DNA of 64,000 nucleotides from Amphiscolops sp. MND2022 (lineage: Eukaryota), in contig OZ076409.1 in the NCBI GenBank assembly GCA_964187785.1, positions 31,620,001 through 31,684,000 of the forward strand, written 5' to 3'. Shown here piece after piece: positions 48,888-61,124 of the stretch (positions are counted from its first letter, which is position 1; every line of letters starts with the position of its first letter). The notes beneath the pieces are model-generated. The model had not been told where the DNA came from. It saw only the letters and a list, made by a program, of their open reading frames with translations, and did not search any database. The position numbers and the translations under genes were made by a program.

Positions 48888-49166
48888 ACAGTTTCAGTTT
48901 CAACAATGTGAAGCTTTTCAACTCATCGTATCACAATTTTATTTTTGATGTCAAGCGGCCTGCTTATATAAGTTGCGAATTGATTTACGGGGCATTACAA
49001 TCCGGGCGGACATTCACTACTAATTACTGATTAGTAGTGAATGTCCGCCCGAAATGTAATGCCCCGTAAATCAATTCGCAACTTATATAAGCAGGCCGCT
49101 TGACATCAAAAATAAAATTGTGATACGATGAGTTGAAAAGCTTCACATTGTTGAAACTGAAACTGT
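48888..49166. repeat. Near-perfect palindrome: 137-bp arms, 5-nt loop, 2 mismatches
   Basis: 48888-49024 is the reverse complement of 49030-49166. Centre ...CATTCACTACTAAT-TACTG-ATTAGTAGTGAATG... Confidence 0.97.
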
Positions 49167-49170
49167 CTAG

Positions 49171-49826
49171 TAGATCTGAGGACACCCTATAGATGGAACT
49201 AATTTCTATCAACAGATAGCACGAAAAAGTGCTAGAAACGGTTTCGCAAAAGGTGAAAACTCGTGTCCAATGATAACTTCTGCAATTCAGCATCGTCTGC
49301 ACATCTGATGCCCGACTTTACTGGCCAATGACCTCGCAATGAACACGGTGACCAGATACAAGCTCATTTAACGCCGCATTTTCTACATGGCGATCGAGGC
49401 TTGTTCAACATCACCACAAAATCGAAATTGACGTGGAACGATCATTCCCAAAGATCAGACACGTTGTCGATCAGTTAGGTATCAATTGCGTGAGATGGAG
49501 CTTTTGAAAATATCTCGACGTTTGTTTCATCTAATTTGAATCAAGAACATTTGCGGACATTCACTACTAATTAGATTTGAGGACACCCTATAGATGGAAC
49601 GAATCTCTATCAACAGATAGCACGAAAAAGGTGCTAGAAACGGTTTCGCAAAAGGTGAAAACTCGTGTCCAATGATATTTTCTGGAAATGGCGCTTTTGA
49701 AAATATCTCGACGTTTGTTTGATCTAATTTGAATCAATATCTCAATGGGCGGACATTCACTACTAATTAGATCCGAGGATACCCTATAGATGAAACGAAT
49801 TTCTGTCAAAAAATAGAACGAAAAAG
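49171..49826 (+). repeat. Tandem array (units ~400, ~198 and partial) each ending GCGGACATTCACTACTAAT
   Basis: Repeated TAGAT..GAGGA.ACCCTATAGATG...GAAAACTCGTGTCCAATGATA; boundaries near 49570 and 49768. Confidence 0.85.
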
Positions 49827-52800
49827 TGCCCCTTTCAGCGAAAACAAAAACACCAAAACTGAAAGGTTACAAGGCGTACAAAATGGACAGGAGGAAAGGC
49901 CGGTCACGAGACACGCTCATAAGAGGGGGAGTAATGACTCTGGTCAAGGAAGGTCTACAACATAGACCACTGAAAGAAAGCTTTACAGTTGCAAATGATG
50001 TCACTACGGACGCCCTAGGGATCAGTGTCAAGGGGGCTGTTCAGGACCTAAAATGTATAAACCTATATATTCCACCAATCAGGGAAGGCTCAACAGACGA
50101 TCGAACACAAAACTTCTCTACCCGAAGACTCCCAGTGGACGCTGCCACGATTATAGCCGCAGATGCAAACGCCCACAGCCTGTACTGGGATTATCTAGAA
50201 GAGAATACAATCAGCAAGCAACTGGCCGAATGGATGGAAGATGAGGAATTAGTGACCCTAAACGACTACAGCAGAACGAGGACATGTCCAAGTACAGGAA
50301 ACGGGTCTGCACCGGACGTCACTATTGTACACTGTAGATTGTCGCGAAGATGCACTTGGAGAGCCTTTAAAGACCCTCTATCCTCGGATCACCATCCTAT
50401 GGTCACAGAAGGTACCTTCAAGCCAATTAGAATACGCAGAAAACAAATACGCCGATTTACCACTCGCAGAGCAAACTGGACTCTGTTCAAGGAAGAAACA
50501 GATCGCCTTCTCTCTGAAACTAAACCGGATTCAGGAAAGCTAAACTCTAAATGCGAATGGCTACAGAAATCGCTTCTAGAAGCTGCAAAGAAAGCTATTC
50601 CATTTGGGAGCTCTGGAACAACCAGTAAATGGTTTACTTCGTCATGCAAGCAAGCGATTCAAAGACGAAACAGAGCATTCCGAGAGTTTCAACGCGAACC
50701 CAACAATCCAAATAAACTGAAAACCTGGAAAGACAGATGCCGTGGAGTGAAGAAGGAAGTAAAAGAAGCAAAGCAGCAAGCTTGGCGCTCGTTTGTTGAC
50801 CGGATGGACATGAGAACAAACCCCTCGAAGATCTGGCGAACAATCAAGGAAATAGATGGTCAGAAATCAGAGACAAAGACCGGCGCCGCTCTGGTCAAAG
50901 ATGGCAAACTCCTGGAAGATAGCACAGAAAAAGCTAACGGGTTCATCAAAGAATACACAAAGGTCTCCTGTATTCAGAACAGGAAGGAAGACAGACCTTT
51001 CGTGAAACTACTGAAGAGAAAACTGAGAAGTGAGTGTGAATGCAAATCGAGCACGGAAGCCGGAAATTGTTGCAAACCTTTCTCTTTAGCTGAACTACAG
51101 CAATGCATTAACCAAGTGCAGTCGAAAAGCGCACCAGGAAATGACCAAATCTCCAATGCAATGCTCAAACACATGTCACCCAAAGCCATGGAAACCATGC
51201 TGGACATCATGAACCATTCATTAAGAGAAAATGTTTTCCCAACGACATGAAAGAAAGCAACCATCATTCCACTACTTAAACCTGGAAAAGACCCGGAAAA
51301 ACTCGGGTCGTATAGACCAATCTGCCGTACTTCGTGCCTCGGGAAACTACTGGAAAGGTCAATGAAGAGTAGACTCATGTTCATTCTTGAGTCAAACGGA
51401 AAACTCAAACCTGAACAGACGGGATTCCGAAAGCTCAGATCAACGCAAGACCAGATGCTGAGAATGACGCAAGATATCGCAGATGGACTCAACAAACCAA
51501 AACCCGCCAAGAGAACAGTATTATGTCTGATCGACTTCTCGAGGGCGTTCGACTCCGTGTGGCACCCAGGATTACTTCACAAACTGCTAAAGATGGACCT
51601 CCCAATATGTTATGTGAAATGGATCAAATCCTTCCTGCAAGACCGGAGCACTAGTGTCAGATTTAAAAATGTAAACAGCAGGTATCGACGGTTCAAAGCT
51701 GGAACACCTCAAGGCTCAATGATCTCGCCCTGTATCTTTATCATTTTTATAAACGACATTCTCGACGATTTACCAGAAGGAGTGAAAGCTTCCTTATTTG
51801 CTGATCTAGCATTATGGGTTTCGGACGAGATTCTAGAGAAAGCCCAAGAGAAACTGCAAAATGCGTTGGTTGTGCTAAGCAAATGGTGCAAGAAATGAAG
51901 ATTAAATGTCAACGTCGAAAAATGTGAGTCTGTTTTCTTCAGCATGGCTCCACAGGAAGCAAGATGGAAGCCAACACTTTACTTTGACGATAATTAAATA
52001 CTGTTTAACCCGGTCCCTCTTTCCTTGGAATCAAATTCGACCGGACGCTGTCATTCAGGCCACACACACAAGCGCTCCAAGAAAAGCTGCACAAGAGGAT
52101 AAACGTGCTCAAAAGCCTTGCAGGAAGAACTTGGGGAATGGTAAAGGAAGAACTCAGAGCGGTCTACATCACATACATTTCCTCTTCAATCGATTACTGC
52201 GCAGCCGCTTACCTACCGGCGATGCCAAAAACTATTCTCGACAAGTTGCAAATTTTGCAAAACTCTGCTGCGAGGATCATAACAGGCTGCTGTCGAGATA
52301 CGCCGGTGGATTTGTTAAATGTAGAAGCAAGCCCGACACCGATCCAGGTCAAAGCGGAAATTAAAGCAGCATGTGCATATGACAAAAGTCTGCGCCAACC
52401 GACAGACAACCCAACTGTAGAACCGGCGAAGGCCTACGTTCGTCGCAGACTCAAGTCACAACCGTCATGGAGCGAATCGGCTAAGGAAACACTCAGTACT
52501 CATAATCTATTGAACCTACCACGGTAAAAGCTCTATCAACGCAGCAACACGACCCCGTGGGATCTGATCAACAGGAACCATGAGTGACCAATTAATCAAG
52601 AAATGCTCGAAACGAGACCCAGCAAAAACGCGCAACCTAGCGGCAACGCAAACACTACAGGCTCTACCCGTCCCAGATGTACAACTGTGGACCGATGGTT
52701 CAGCAGTACAAAGCACCACCAACGGAGGAGGCGTGGTTCTGATCTTTGGAAACGAAATGGGGGAAATTGAACTACTAGCTCCAGCTGGCCTAATCTCCTC

Positions 52801-53545
52801 TAGTTACAGGGCTGAATACGTTGCCTTCAAGACCGCACTTGAGTGGATAAGAAATAACCCGGAGTTCGTTGAAGGGAAAACTGTCCACATTTACACGGAC
52901 TCAAAGTCGCTAGTCAACAAACTACAAGCTGGACCCCACGTGGCAAGAGAAACCACGGAGTTAGAAACCTGGGATCTCCTGAAAGATTGTAGTAACACGA
53001 CGAAAGAAATCCACATCCAATGGATACCGGGTCACGCGAAACTCAGAGACAACGAATCGGCAGACAGAATAGACCGACTTGCCACCAGACTAGACCAAAC
53101 ACTTCAACCGCTCGACATCTCAACACAGGCAGCTATCAAACGAAGCATCACAAGAACATGGAAAAGATCAATCCACCACGACAAAATCCCACAAGCAGGG
53201 AACACACCGCCTAACCAGAAAGAAAGGGAATTAGCAAGAACTGATAGAATCACTCTCCCAGTTGAGAGCAGGCGGCCACTGCCCTATGCTGCGAAGCTAC
53301 AGATACCGCATCGGAATTTACGACTCCGACAAGTGCGAATGCGGCGAAACAGACGACCTGCAACATGCACTTCTGAAATGCCCAATGAATGAAGGAAAAC
53401 GATTAGAAATATTTGGCCCAAACCGGAACCTCGAAATACTATGGACGAACCCGAAGTCTGTCATCAATTACCTTCGTGCCTCTGGAAAAAACCAGACGAC
53501 TGCGGCCTAACGGTCGAAGACGGGAGCTTCTACACACACATACAC
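49826..53545 (+). mobile_element. I-group LINE (APE endonuclease, RT, RNase H, C-terminal CCHC), 5'-truncated, few disablements, (CA)n-like tail
   Basis: IIAADANAH and SDHHP (APE); YRPIC.TSCLGKLLER, GFRKLRST, DFSRAFDSVWH, GTPQGS, LFAD (RT); WTDGS, YRAE, YTDSKS, WIPGH (RNase H); CECGETDDLQHALLKC; tail CTACACACACATACACAC. Confidence 0.93.
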
Positions 53546-55830
53546 ACGAACACATGTTCTGCTTTCACACAAAATTTAACCAGGAAACAAAACTCACTAA
53601 GCGACATTTGCTCTCGGAGACAGCGAAGCTATGCGACCTCATCGGCTTGTTATGACCAATCATATTAGTTCAAAATACTTCTTCAGAAACTTTGGATACG
53701 TGGAATAGGTTGGCACACAATGCTTCCAGATGTCATCCAACAGCAATGGCGTGGCATGAAGACAGATTTGGCAACACTACACATTCACATTGAAGAAATG
53801 CATCCATCCTCCCGCAAAGGTTGAAGAAATTCAGCTGCATCTATCTATTCACGGATGCCTCAGAAAGTACATACGCTGCTGTCATTTTCGCACGGATAGT
53901 CGACACAGAATGCTTTGTCTCTGTCAACATCAATACTCGGGAAAACCGCTCGTGAGGCCGAGAAAAACCGTATCATTACCACGCCTGCAACTCTGTTGAG
54001 CTCATCTTGGGGGAACCTTCTAACCAAGGTAAAGAAATCATAATGCTGAAATCTGTACAGCCACAACAGACATTCGTATGGACATGTCCCACAAATGTAC
54101 TGCAATGGGTGGCAACATTACCACGAACACGGACAACATTTGTTGCTAATCGTGTCTCAGATAAACAACAAGTTTTGCTAAGGTCAAATTGGAATCGTGT
54201 CCCCTCATCCACTAACCCAGCAAATTGTTCATCTCGAGGCACAACACTCTAAATACTGGAATCATCATCTATGTGGTGGAATGGTCCCACCTGGTTACAG
54301 AGACCACAAGAGAAGTGGCCGAAATCTCAAATACAAACGATGGAACCATCTGAGGTTAGAGATCACAGATGGCAAAAAACGTCTCTTTGCACAACAATCA
54401 CTCTTCAATCGAATGCAGTAACAACCGCCAAATGGATACTGGTACGACAAAATCAATTTTGCAGATGATTTCGCAGTCCTGAAACCAGGAAAAACTTTAT
54501 CTCGATAGAGTAAAGTTCTGAGCCTAACAACTTTCTATGACATTGAAATAGTGTGATTCTAGTAGGTGGAACACTTTCGCAAGGACAGTCTCGAGAATTG
54601 AAGTTGCCACTACTCGTGAGTCAAGTTTCTGGACTTGCCCACTTGGTACTTCTACAGTATAATGGCGCTACGCTCCATAAAGGGGCGGAATTAACAGTCA
54701 AATCCAGTAGAGTAGAGTTCTGGATCCAAACTGCCTAAGTCGTCGCCAACAACATCATCAAACAGTGGATCAAATGCAGTCGATTTGATAACAAGATACC
54801 CTATCAGCTCGTGGCTGATCTCCCAGCAGAACGTATTACCCCCGGTAAACTGTTCCAAACAGGTGGCTTGGATTTAGGCGGGCCAATTCAGCCGGGCGAA
54901 TCACATCGGAGTCAGAAACGACATTATCAGGGCATAAGAAATTCTGGCTCTAGAATGCAATGATAGACCAATTGCAACAAGAAACTATCGAATGGGAAAC
55001 AATACCTCCTTGGTCTCCCCATTTTGGAGGACTTGGGAAGCCGCAGTCAAGAGCATGGAACGTCATTTACGTCGCACTGTTGGTCTTCAAATAATATCGT
55101 TCGAACTTGGTCATACTAATTGAAGCAATTTTGAACCCAACACCGCTATCAGCTATGTCCAATGATCTTCAGCCGGTGTCTCAAAGGACCTTCAGCCAGT
55201 AACTCCTGCCCATTTTCTACTAAGGAGAGCTGCAAGAGATCTGTACGTGGTGTTCTCTGATTCCATTTCTTTGGGGCAGCCTTGGATGAAATCCTTGGTA
55301 CAGAGACTACTTGGCTACCCTTGAAATACGAAAACGATGGCTTCAATCCTGTCCTTTTTGCACATGAGAAGTCAATGTGCATTGCAGTCCAGCTAGGTAA
55401 GTTTTTTTCCACTATAGTCAACTTCATAATGAGCGCCTTTTAGAAAAAAGCCAAAACCCCAGAGAGATTCGAACCTGCAGCCTCCCGATTGCACGGCATA
55501 AGTGTTGACCACTGTGCCATAGGGACGTTATTGAACAAAGTTGAACTGTTGAATATTTACGCATGCGTTAAAAATAATATAAATACGCATATTAAAATAA
55601 TCGATGTCTTCGTCATGTGTTGTGAAGCACCGCTTCGCCTCTGTTTCAACGTAGGAGACTTAGTTTTAACCGCAGAGGCCAATTTGCCTTCATTAAGATG
55701 GAAAGTGGTGAGAATCACCCAGGTGTACTCAGGAATCGATCAAGTGAACAGAGCCGCAAAACTTTGAACGACCTCTGATGATGTCATCCGGCCAGTGGTG
55801 AAGCTCCCAGTCGACAACGCATCTCACTAA
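53546..55830 (+). mobile_element. BEL/Pao fragment 4 (RNase H, integrase, C-terminal DUF5641-like), interrupted by HINE-B
   Basis: TKRHLLSETAKL.D.IGLL; TDASE..YAAV; KTVSLPRL.LC; FVANRV; NPAN..SRG; WWNGPTWL; LPAERITP; SPHFGG; NVGDLVL...RPVVKL. Confidence 0.88.
55355..55645 (+). mobile_element. HINE-B second copy, inserted in a T-run of BEL fragment 4 without TSD
   Basis: Collinear with 35871-36166 (sub-terminal IRs, hairpin, tRNA-like segment). Flanks rejoin as KRWLQSCP/FNVGDLVL. Confidence 0.85.
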
Positions 55831-58800
55831 ATGCTCAAAAGTTTTCTTCATTTTTTGGAAGGTCGAAAATTCCGAGAAATATCCCTTGGTTCCATCAGAA
55901 ATACCCCCTGAGACACCCCAAAAAGTCATCATTTTGACAGAAAACAAAAAGATCGTCACGAACATTGAAAGTTCAGCCAATTAGCTTGCAACTGAGCAAG
56001 GTCTCGCTTTCGAGGCTCTAAAAACCGATGGTGGCATTTTTTGGAGAATTACCCATTTGTTCACTTACTACGCGACTTGAGGGCAGATTTCCAGTGTAAA
56101 AACGCTGATTCATCTATTTGTCACCGATTTCTTGTCACACTGCAGTGGAGAACAATCATTGGATACTATTGCGCTGCTGTTCTTACTTGAATTTTACATT
56201 TAAAAGACTACAAATGAAAAATCGAACTCACTTCATTTAATCAATGCTTCATTTTTGGTGGTGTCTTTATCTTTACCAGACTCCGACTTTTACTTCTACT
56301 CAGCGGTGTTACTACTTCATTCTCAGGAGAAAGCAAACAGTAGGCGACATGATCTTTAAAACAAAATTACTGATTACAAATTTTACGGATTGCAGTAAAT
56401 GATGTTAATCGCCCTACAATGCTGGAATCTTTTGAAGTATTTCATCATTTTCCTCTTTGTTACCGTCGTGCTTCGAATATTTCTCGAACTTGCTTCAGAT
56501 TGTTTAACCTACGTTGCTTTTGTGATATTGACGGTCTGTCTCGAGTGGGTTCGCTTTTCTTTGGCGATGAGTTTGAAGAAAACTTTATTCGTCGTTATTC
56601 TCTTTGTTTCTCAAGACTCGCCATTGAGGTGATGGTTCTGAAAGAACCTGTTGAAATTCCTATGAGTCCTACATTTTCTCACGCCTTGCAAAATATCCTC
56701 AGAGATTTTGAATAACTGCTGATTACGCACAACAACGGGTTGCGGAATCCATGTATCATCAAAAATGCTTCCCAAACCATCGTTGTTAGTTTTAACGCAC
56801 AGATCATCCCACGTGATACAACTCTGAACGTTAATTTGATTCAACGACTTCCATCCAAGATTTCTAGTTTCATCGCGATTGCTCTTTTCAACGAATTGCA
56901 TCACAGTGCAAGAAGGCATTTTACAATCTGAAAAAGAAATTAGTCCATTCCTTCGATGCGGGCGGAATGGTGCAGCCCCTGAAACTTCTAATGAACTTGT
57001 ACTTCATTGACTCGTATCTTCATGCGACGAATCAAATTTATACACAAAAACTATAAACATGCTGAATCATTTTTTCATGCTGTATTTCAGATTCCATTCA
57101 CTCTTTTGTCGTAACTCTCATCATTCCATTATGTTGATTTCAATTCAACCTTGACTTTAGTTAAGGGTTTCCCACGTTTCTGGAACAAAGTTACAAACTT
57201 CACTCAGACGAAACACACTTTTTTGTGATTTTCGAGCTTTGAGTACACTGCCCACTTCAGATGTTCCCGTCCGATTTTTGTGTCCGGTGAAGCGACATTT
57301 TCTGTTGTGGATAGGCGTTCCTCTTCTCTGAGCTCCGCGTATTGTCAAAGGCGCAAAACAACCGTTTTCAAAATTGATTCTGCAGTTTGAAAGCCTTCGC
57401 CTAAATGATATCGAAATCCATTCGCTGAAGAAAGTTGTATTGCGAAAAATTTTCGCTCTTGGAGAGCGTGTAGCAGTTTCTACACTGTAGCATTGAAATT
57501 GTCGCATCACACTCCAGGACGATAAGTAGGTTGGACAATCAGTACGATAAACTTCGGCAGTAGGCCAATCAGGGGTAGTGTTCTGGAGAAGAGGTCATTA
57601 TTAGATTTTCTTATCCAGTCATAGATTACTCCGTAGTTAGTTCGACACTGTGCAGCACACAATGTTAACTGATTGGATTGATTTCTACTTCAAATTTCAG
57701 CCAATCCAAAACGTTTAAGCTCGTTTTTTGTCGCAGTAGTTTTTTTCTCTGCCAAACAATTGTTGCGTTTTTAATCGGCGCTTTTTGTGAAACGAAAAAT
57801 TGCCCGATTCTTCCAATGACTTTTATTTCCAGACCACAGACGTCACACAGAAAGGTCCACTTTTTACAGTTTCTCTAGGCCATCCTATCAAGAGAACTTC
57901 AGAGAAGCATTGCCGTGTGGCATGTTTGAATTGAAATAAATGAGATCATTGCAATTTCCGAAAATGTAAGCGACAGTTTACATTTATGTATATTGAAGAT
58001 GAACTCAATGCATGAAGTGTCTTCGTAGACTGAGACAATTATAACTCAAATAAATTAGGGGCAAACAAATCATTGATTATTAGAGAGTAGCGGATTGTTT
58101 GGTATTTTCAAAGGTTCAATAGTTTCAAGAATGTATTATACTAATTTTTTCTTCAGCTGTTGTTTTTGCGTTGGCGATTGCATCAACAACTTGAGTGACG
58201 GTCTTGTTGATACTGCAAATTTGAATTCGGTCGGCCATGTTGTTACACCAAAGTTCACCATGACAAAATGAAAATCCGGTCGAATGAAATTCCACCTGTT
58301 TTTGTTTTCGGTGACGAAGTTTTTAATATTTAATCCAGAGGCTTACGAAGTTCGTTACATGCACCTACGAACTTCGTTGGGTGTCGGAGAAAAACTGACG
58401 GCAGCAGTCCGCGGCGAGCGATGAAGCGCAGAAGACCAGCAATAAAGTTGAGAGTCGAGACCAAAGTGGCAATTAAGCGAAGCAAACGAATAAGCAAATT
58501 GTTTTGTTTGCGCGTTTTGATTTTCTAATTTGAAAAGGACCCTCAAAATCAACACCAACTTGAGTGAACGGTTTGCTGGGTTTAACACGTTCCAAGGCTA
58601 AATCGCCCGTCATGGCATTTCGAATACAGACCACGCAATTGTGTAAGACCTTTCTCACTATGTAACAAACCTTCAGAATCCAAAACACTGACGAATATGG
58701 GCAGTTGTTAGGTCCATCGAACCATGTGAAGTTCGATGATGAGCATTTTTCTGAAGTAAATATGAATCGTTACTCAGAATCATAGGTTTTTTGTGACGTC

Positions 58801-60550
58801 GGGTTCATAACTAAATCGCCGTTATTCAGAAACGCTGAGAGTATTGAAAGCCTAGAATTTGAAGGGAGCGACTTGCTGTTCCCATTGTTTGAAACTTCGG
58901 GAGCGAAGTCTTGATTTTGTGCAAGTTTCGCCAAGCTGGATGAAGCGCGTTCAAGTTCCGACGAAGGTAAGGGTTCAAAGTTTTCTGTCTTCGAGCATGA
59001 AGTTTATGAATCGATAAACATAAGCAAAAGAAGTGTTCGCCGTCAACTATAGTCTCAGAAGCAGGGGTTTGCAAAGAATGAAAAATGGTAATTTTGCGCT
59101 GCTCTCGGTCCGTTTCGAAAAAACGCGTTTTGGGCCAAGAGTTGCGGTCAGCCAAAAATGTTGGAGCTTTCCACCACAATTAATTTTTCGCTAAAGCGGA
59201 CACGGTCTGGCTTCTCGGGGCTATATGGGCGGGCTTCTCCTCTGATGAAGCGTGATTCCAATTTTCAAAACGAATTTCATCTTGAATTTTTGAGACACCA
59301 TTAGCAACAAGGTTTGACCAACCTTCTGGGTTCTTTTAAACCAACTTAGCGCAACAGTTCAATTTGATCAAGCAAAAACGGAATCTATTTTCAAATTGCT
59401 AGAATGACTCCAATAGCGTTGAGCCGAGCAGAGCTGCGCAGAGTTCAAGTCTGGTTACCGAATTGTTTTTCATTGGAGCCACGCGCCTTTTTGAAAAAAA
59501 GCATGTGTGAGTGGAAACCTTTGGAGTTTTTGAAACAATCTATGCTAGCTCTAGCATATGCGGATTTAAGAAGCAAATCGTCCAAACCGAGTTTAAGGCG
59601 CCAAGGTTCTTGAAAGAAACATTTCAATTTGATTACAACTGTGGCGAGGAGCGTGAGAGGATCGAGAATGCGAGAGCAGTTGGACAAAAGTTTTCTTTGT
59701 GTTAGGGTTGTTGCTGCTTGTGAAGGCAGAAATGTGATTGTGAAGAGAACCTGGAATGTAGTCCAGAACGACGATTGAGTTCGACGACCGTTTTCGTATT
59801 TCAAAACATAGTATTTCGAGTTTTTGGGATATTCGAAATCCCTCTCGAACTTTTCTATACCCTCAGAAACTAGGTGATTAGGTTATCTACGTAAAAATCA
59901 CGTTCTATGATCGGTGAGGCAATTTTGTCAATAATAACCCTTGAGGCTTCAAAAAGTAAGCGAAAGGAGTGAAAATACGAAGAGGCGTTACCTTATGTGA
60001 CCCTCGTCATGCGGAAGTGTTTTAACACTGTTTGCGTTCCATTGCCACACAATGTGATAGAAGTCTTTATTTTTCTAATGCAATTTGCCGATTCATATTA
60101 ACTTCTGAAAGCGCGATTTTGTGTTTTCTGAAGGGAAGCAGACTTTTGAAAAGGTCCTGACTTTTAGGACCGACTAACAATTGTTTAAAACAGATGTTTT
60201 GCTATTCATCGGAGCCGTCAAACAATTCTAGTTTTGTTTTAGTGCTGCTTTGTTTGAAGACAGCGTGATGGGAAAGAGAGACCGCATGACGGGGAACTGT
60301 CACAAGTTCATCTTTCGGCACTTTTCCTAGATGACCTAGGTCGACAAATTTCTTTGAGGACACAATAGTCGTTTTCCAGTTCATCAGAAAACGTTACTCC
60401 AAAAGTATGAAGCGGCGAGACTCCCTTGAAAGTACAAAATCCACATCCGGAGGAGTTTCGTCTCTGAACGGCAATTCCACTTGAAATATGCCATCTTGGA
60501 GCCGCTTAGTAGTTTCAACGAAGTGCTTAAGCGGTTTCTTCCGTGGAGAG

Positions 60551-61020
60551 TTTTTAGTCGGCGATTTTATTAAAAAAAGCCCGACTATTACAGTCACTCG
60601 TTTTTTTTTTCAAGACAGACTCATTGCGACGAAATTTTTGTTCAGTTTGTTCAACTAAATGAAACTCAACGAATACACAGGAAACGCATATAAGATATTC
60701 GAAAGGGTTCCTGTTCCATTATTTTTTCTTACTTTTTTAACGAAACCTACTGAACCGGACGGGACTAAAGGGTGATCCCCTTTCGATTTTTTTTCGGCAC
60801 TGTGCTACTTTTTTTCGAAACCTTCTTTGTCTCCAAAGGGTCCGCATTTAGTTTTACTTTCTTAACGTAGCCTACAAAACCGGATGAGTGTAAAGGGTCC
60901 TCCTTTTCTTTTTTTCGGCACTGTACTTTTTTTCAGTTCTCAATTTTTTGTCTCCAAATTGTCTTCGATTTTGTTTGAGCCGTAGATGTAAGCGCCGACT
61001 TGAGACGTTCCCGTCTTGTT
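60551..61020 (+). mobile_element. HINE-A copy inserted in BEL element 3
   Basis: TTTTTAGTCGGCG (5') ... GCGCCGACT (60992-61000), AGACG-TTCC-CGTCT hairpin (61003-61016), TGTT end. BEL coding sequence continues on both sides; no TSD. Confidence 0.75.
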
Positions 61021-61124
61021 GAGTTTTTGGTCTTCTAATTGCCTAATTGGAGTCGGAATCACCAACGACATCGTGAAACTTTCGAACCCGATTCAAACGC
61101 TGACAGTCAGCGATGATGCTTGAT

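Noticed and set aside
48534-48911. 125-aa ORF as a stand-alone gene
   Set aside because: It is MORC exon 6 plus intronic read-through on both sides.
43120-53560. BEL fragment 2 (minus) stops at KTLGICW and BEL fragment 4 (plus) starts at the next expected motif (F.F...TKR.LLSE), suggesting one element split by an inversion
   Set aside because: An inversion of the intervening segment would flip MORC exons 5-6, which are in correct order and orientation. Treated as two independent fragments unless nucleotide comparison to a single consensus says otherwise.
56000-58400. MORC exon 7 at acceptor-like sites (~56289, 57088, 57878, 58157)
   Set aside because: Phase-0 translations hit stops or lack the expected F..E..LI.KYSPF motif; the next exon is probably beyond the window.
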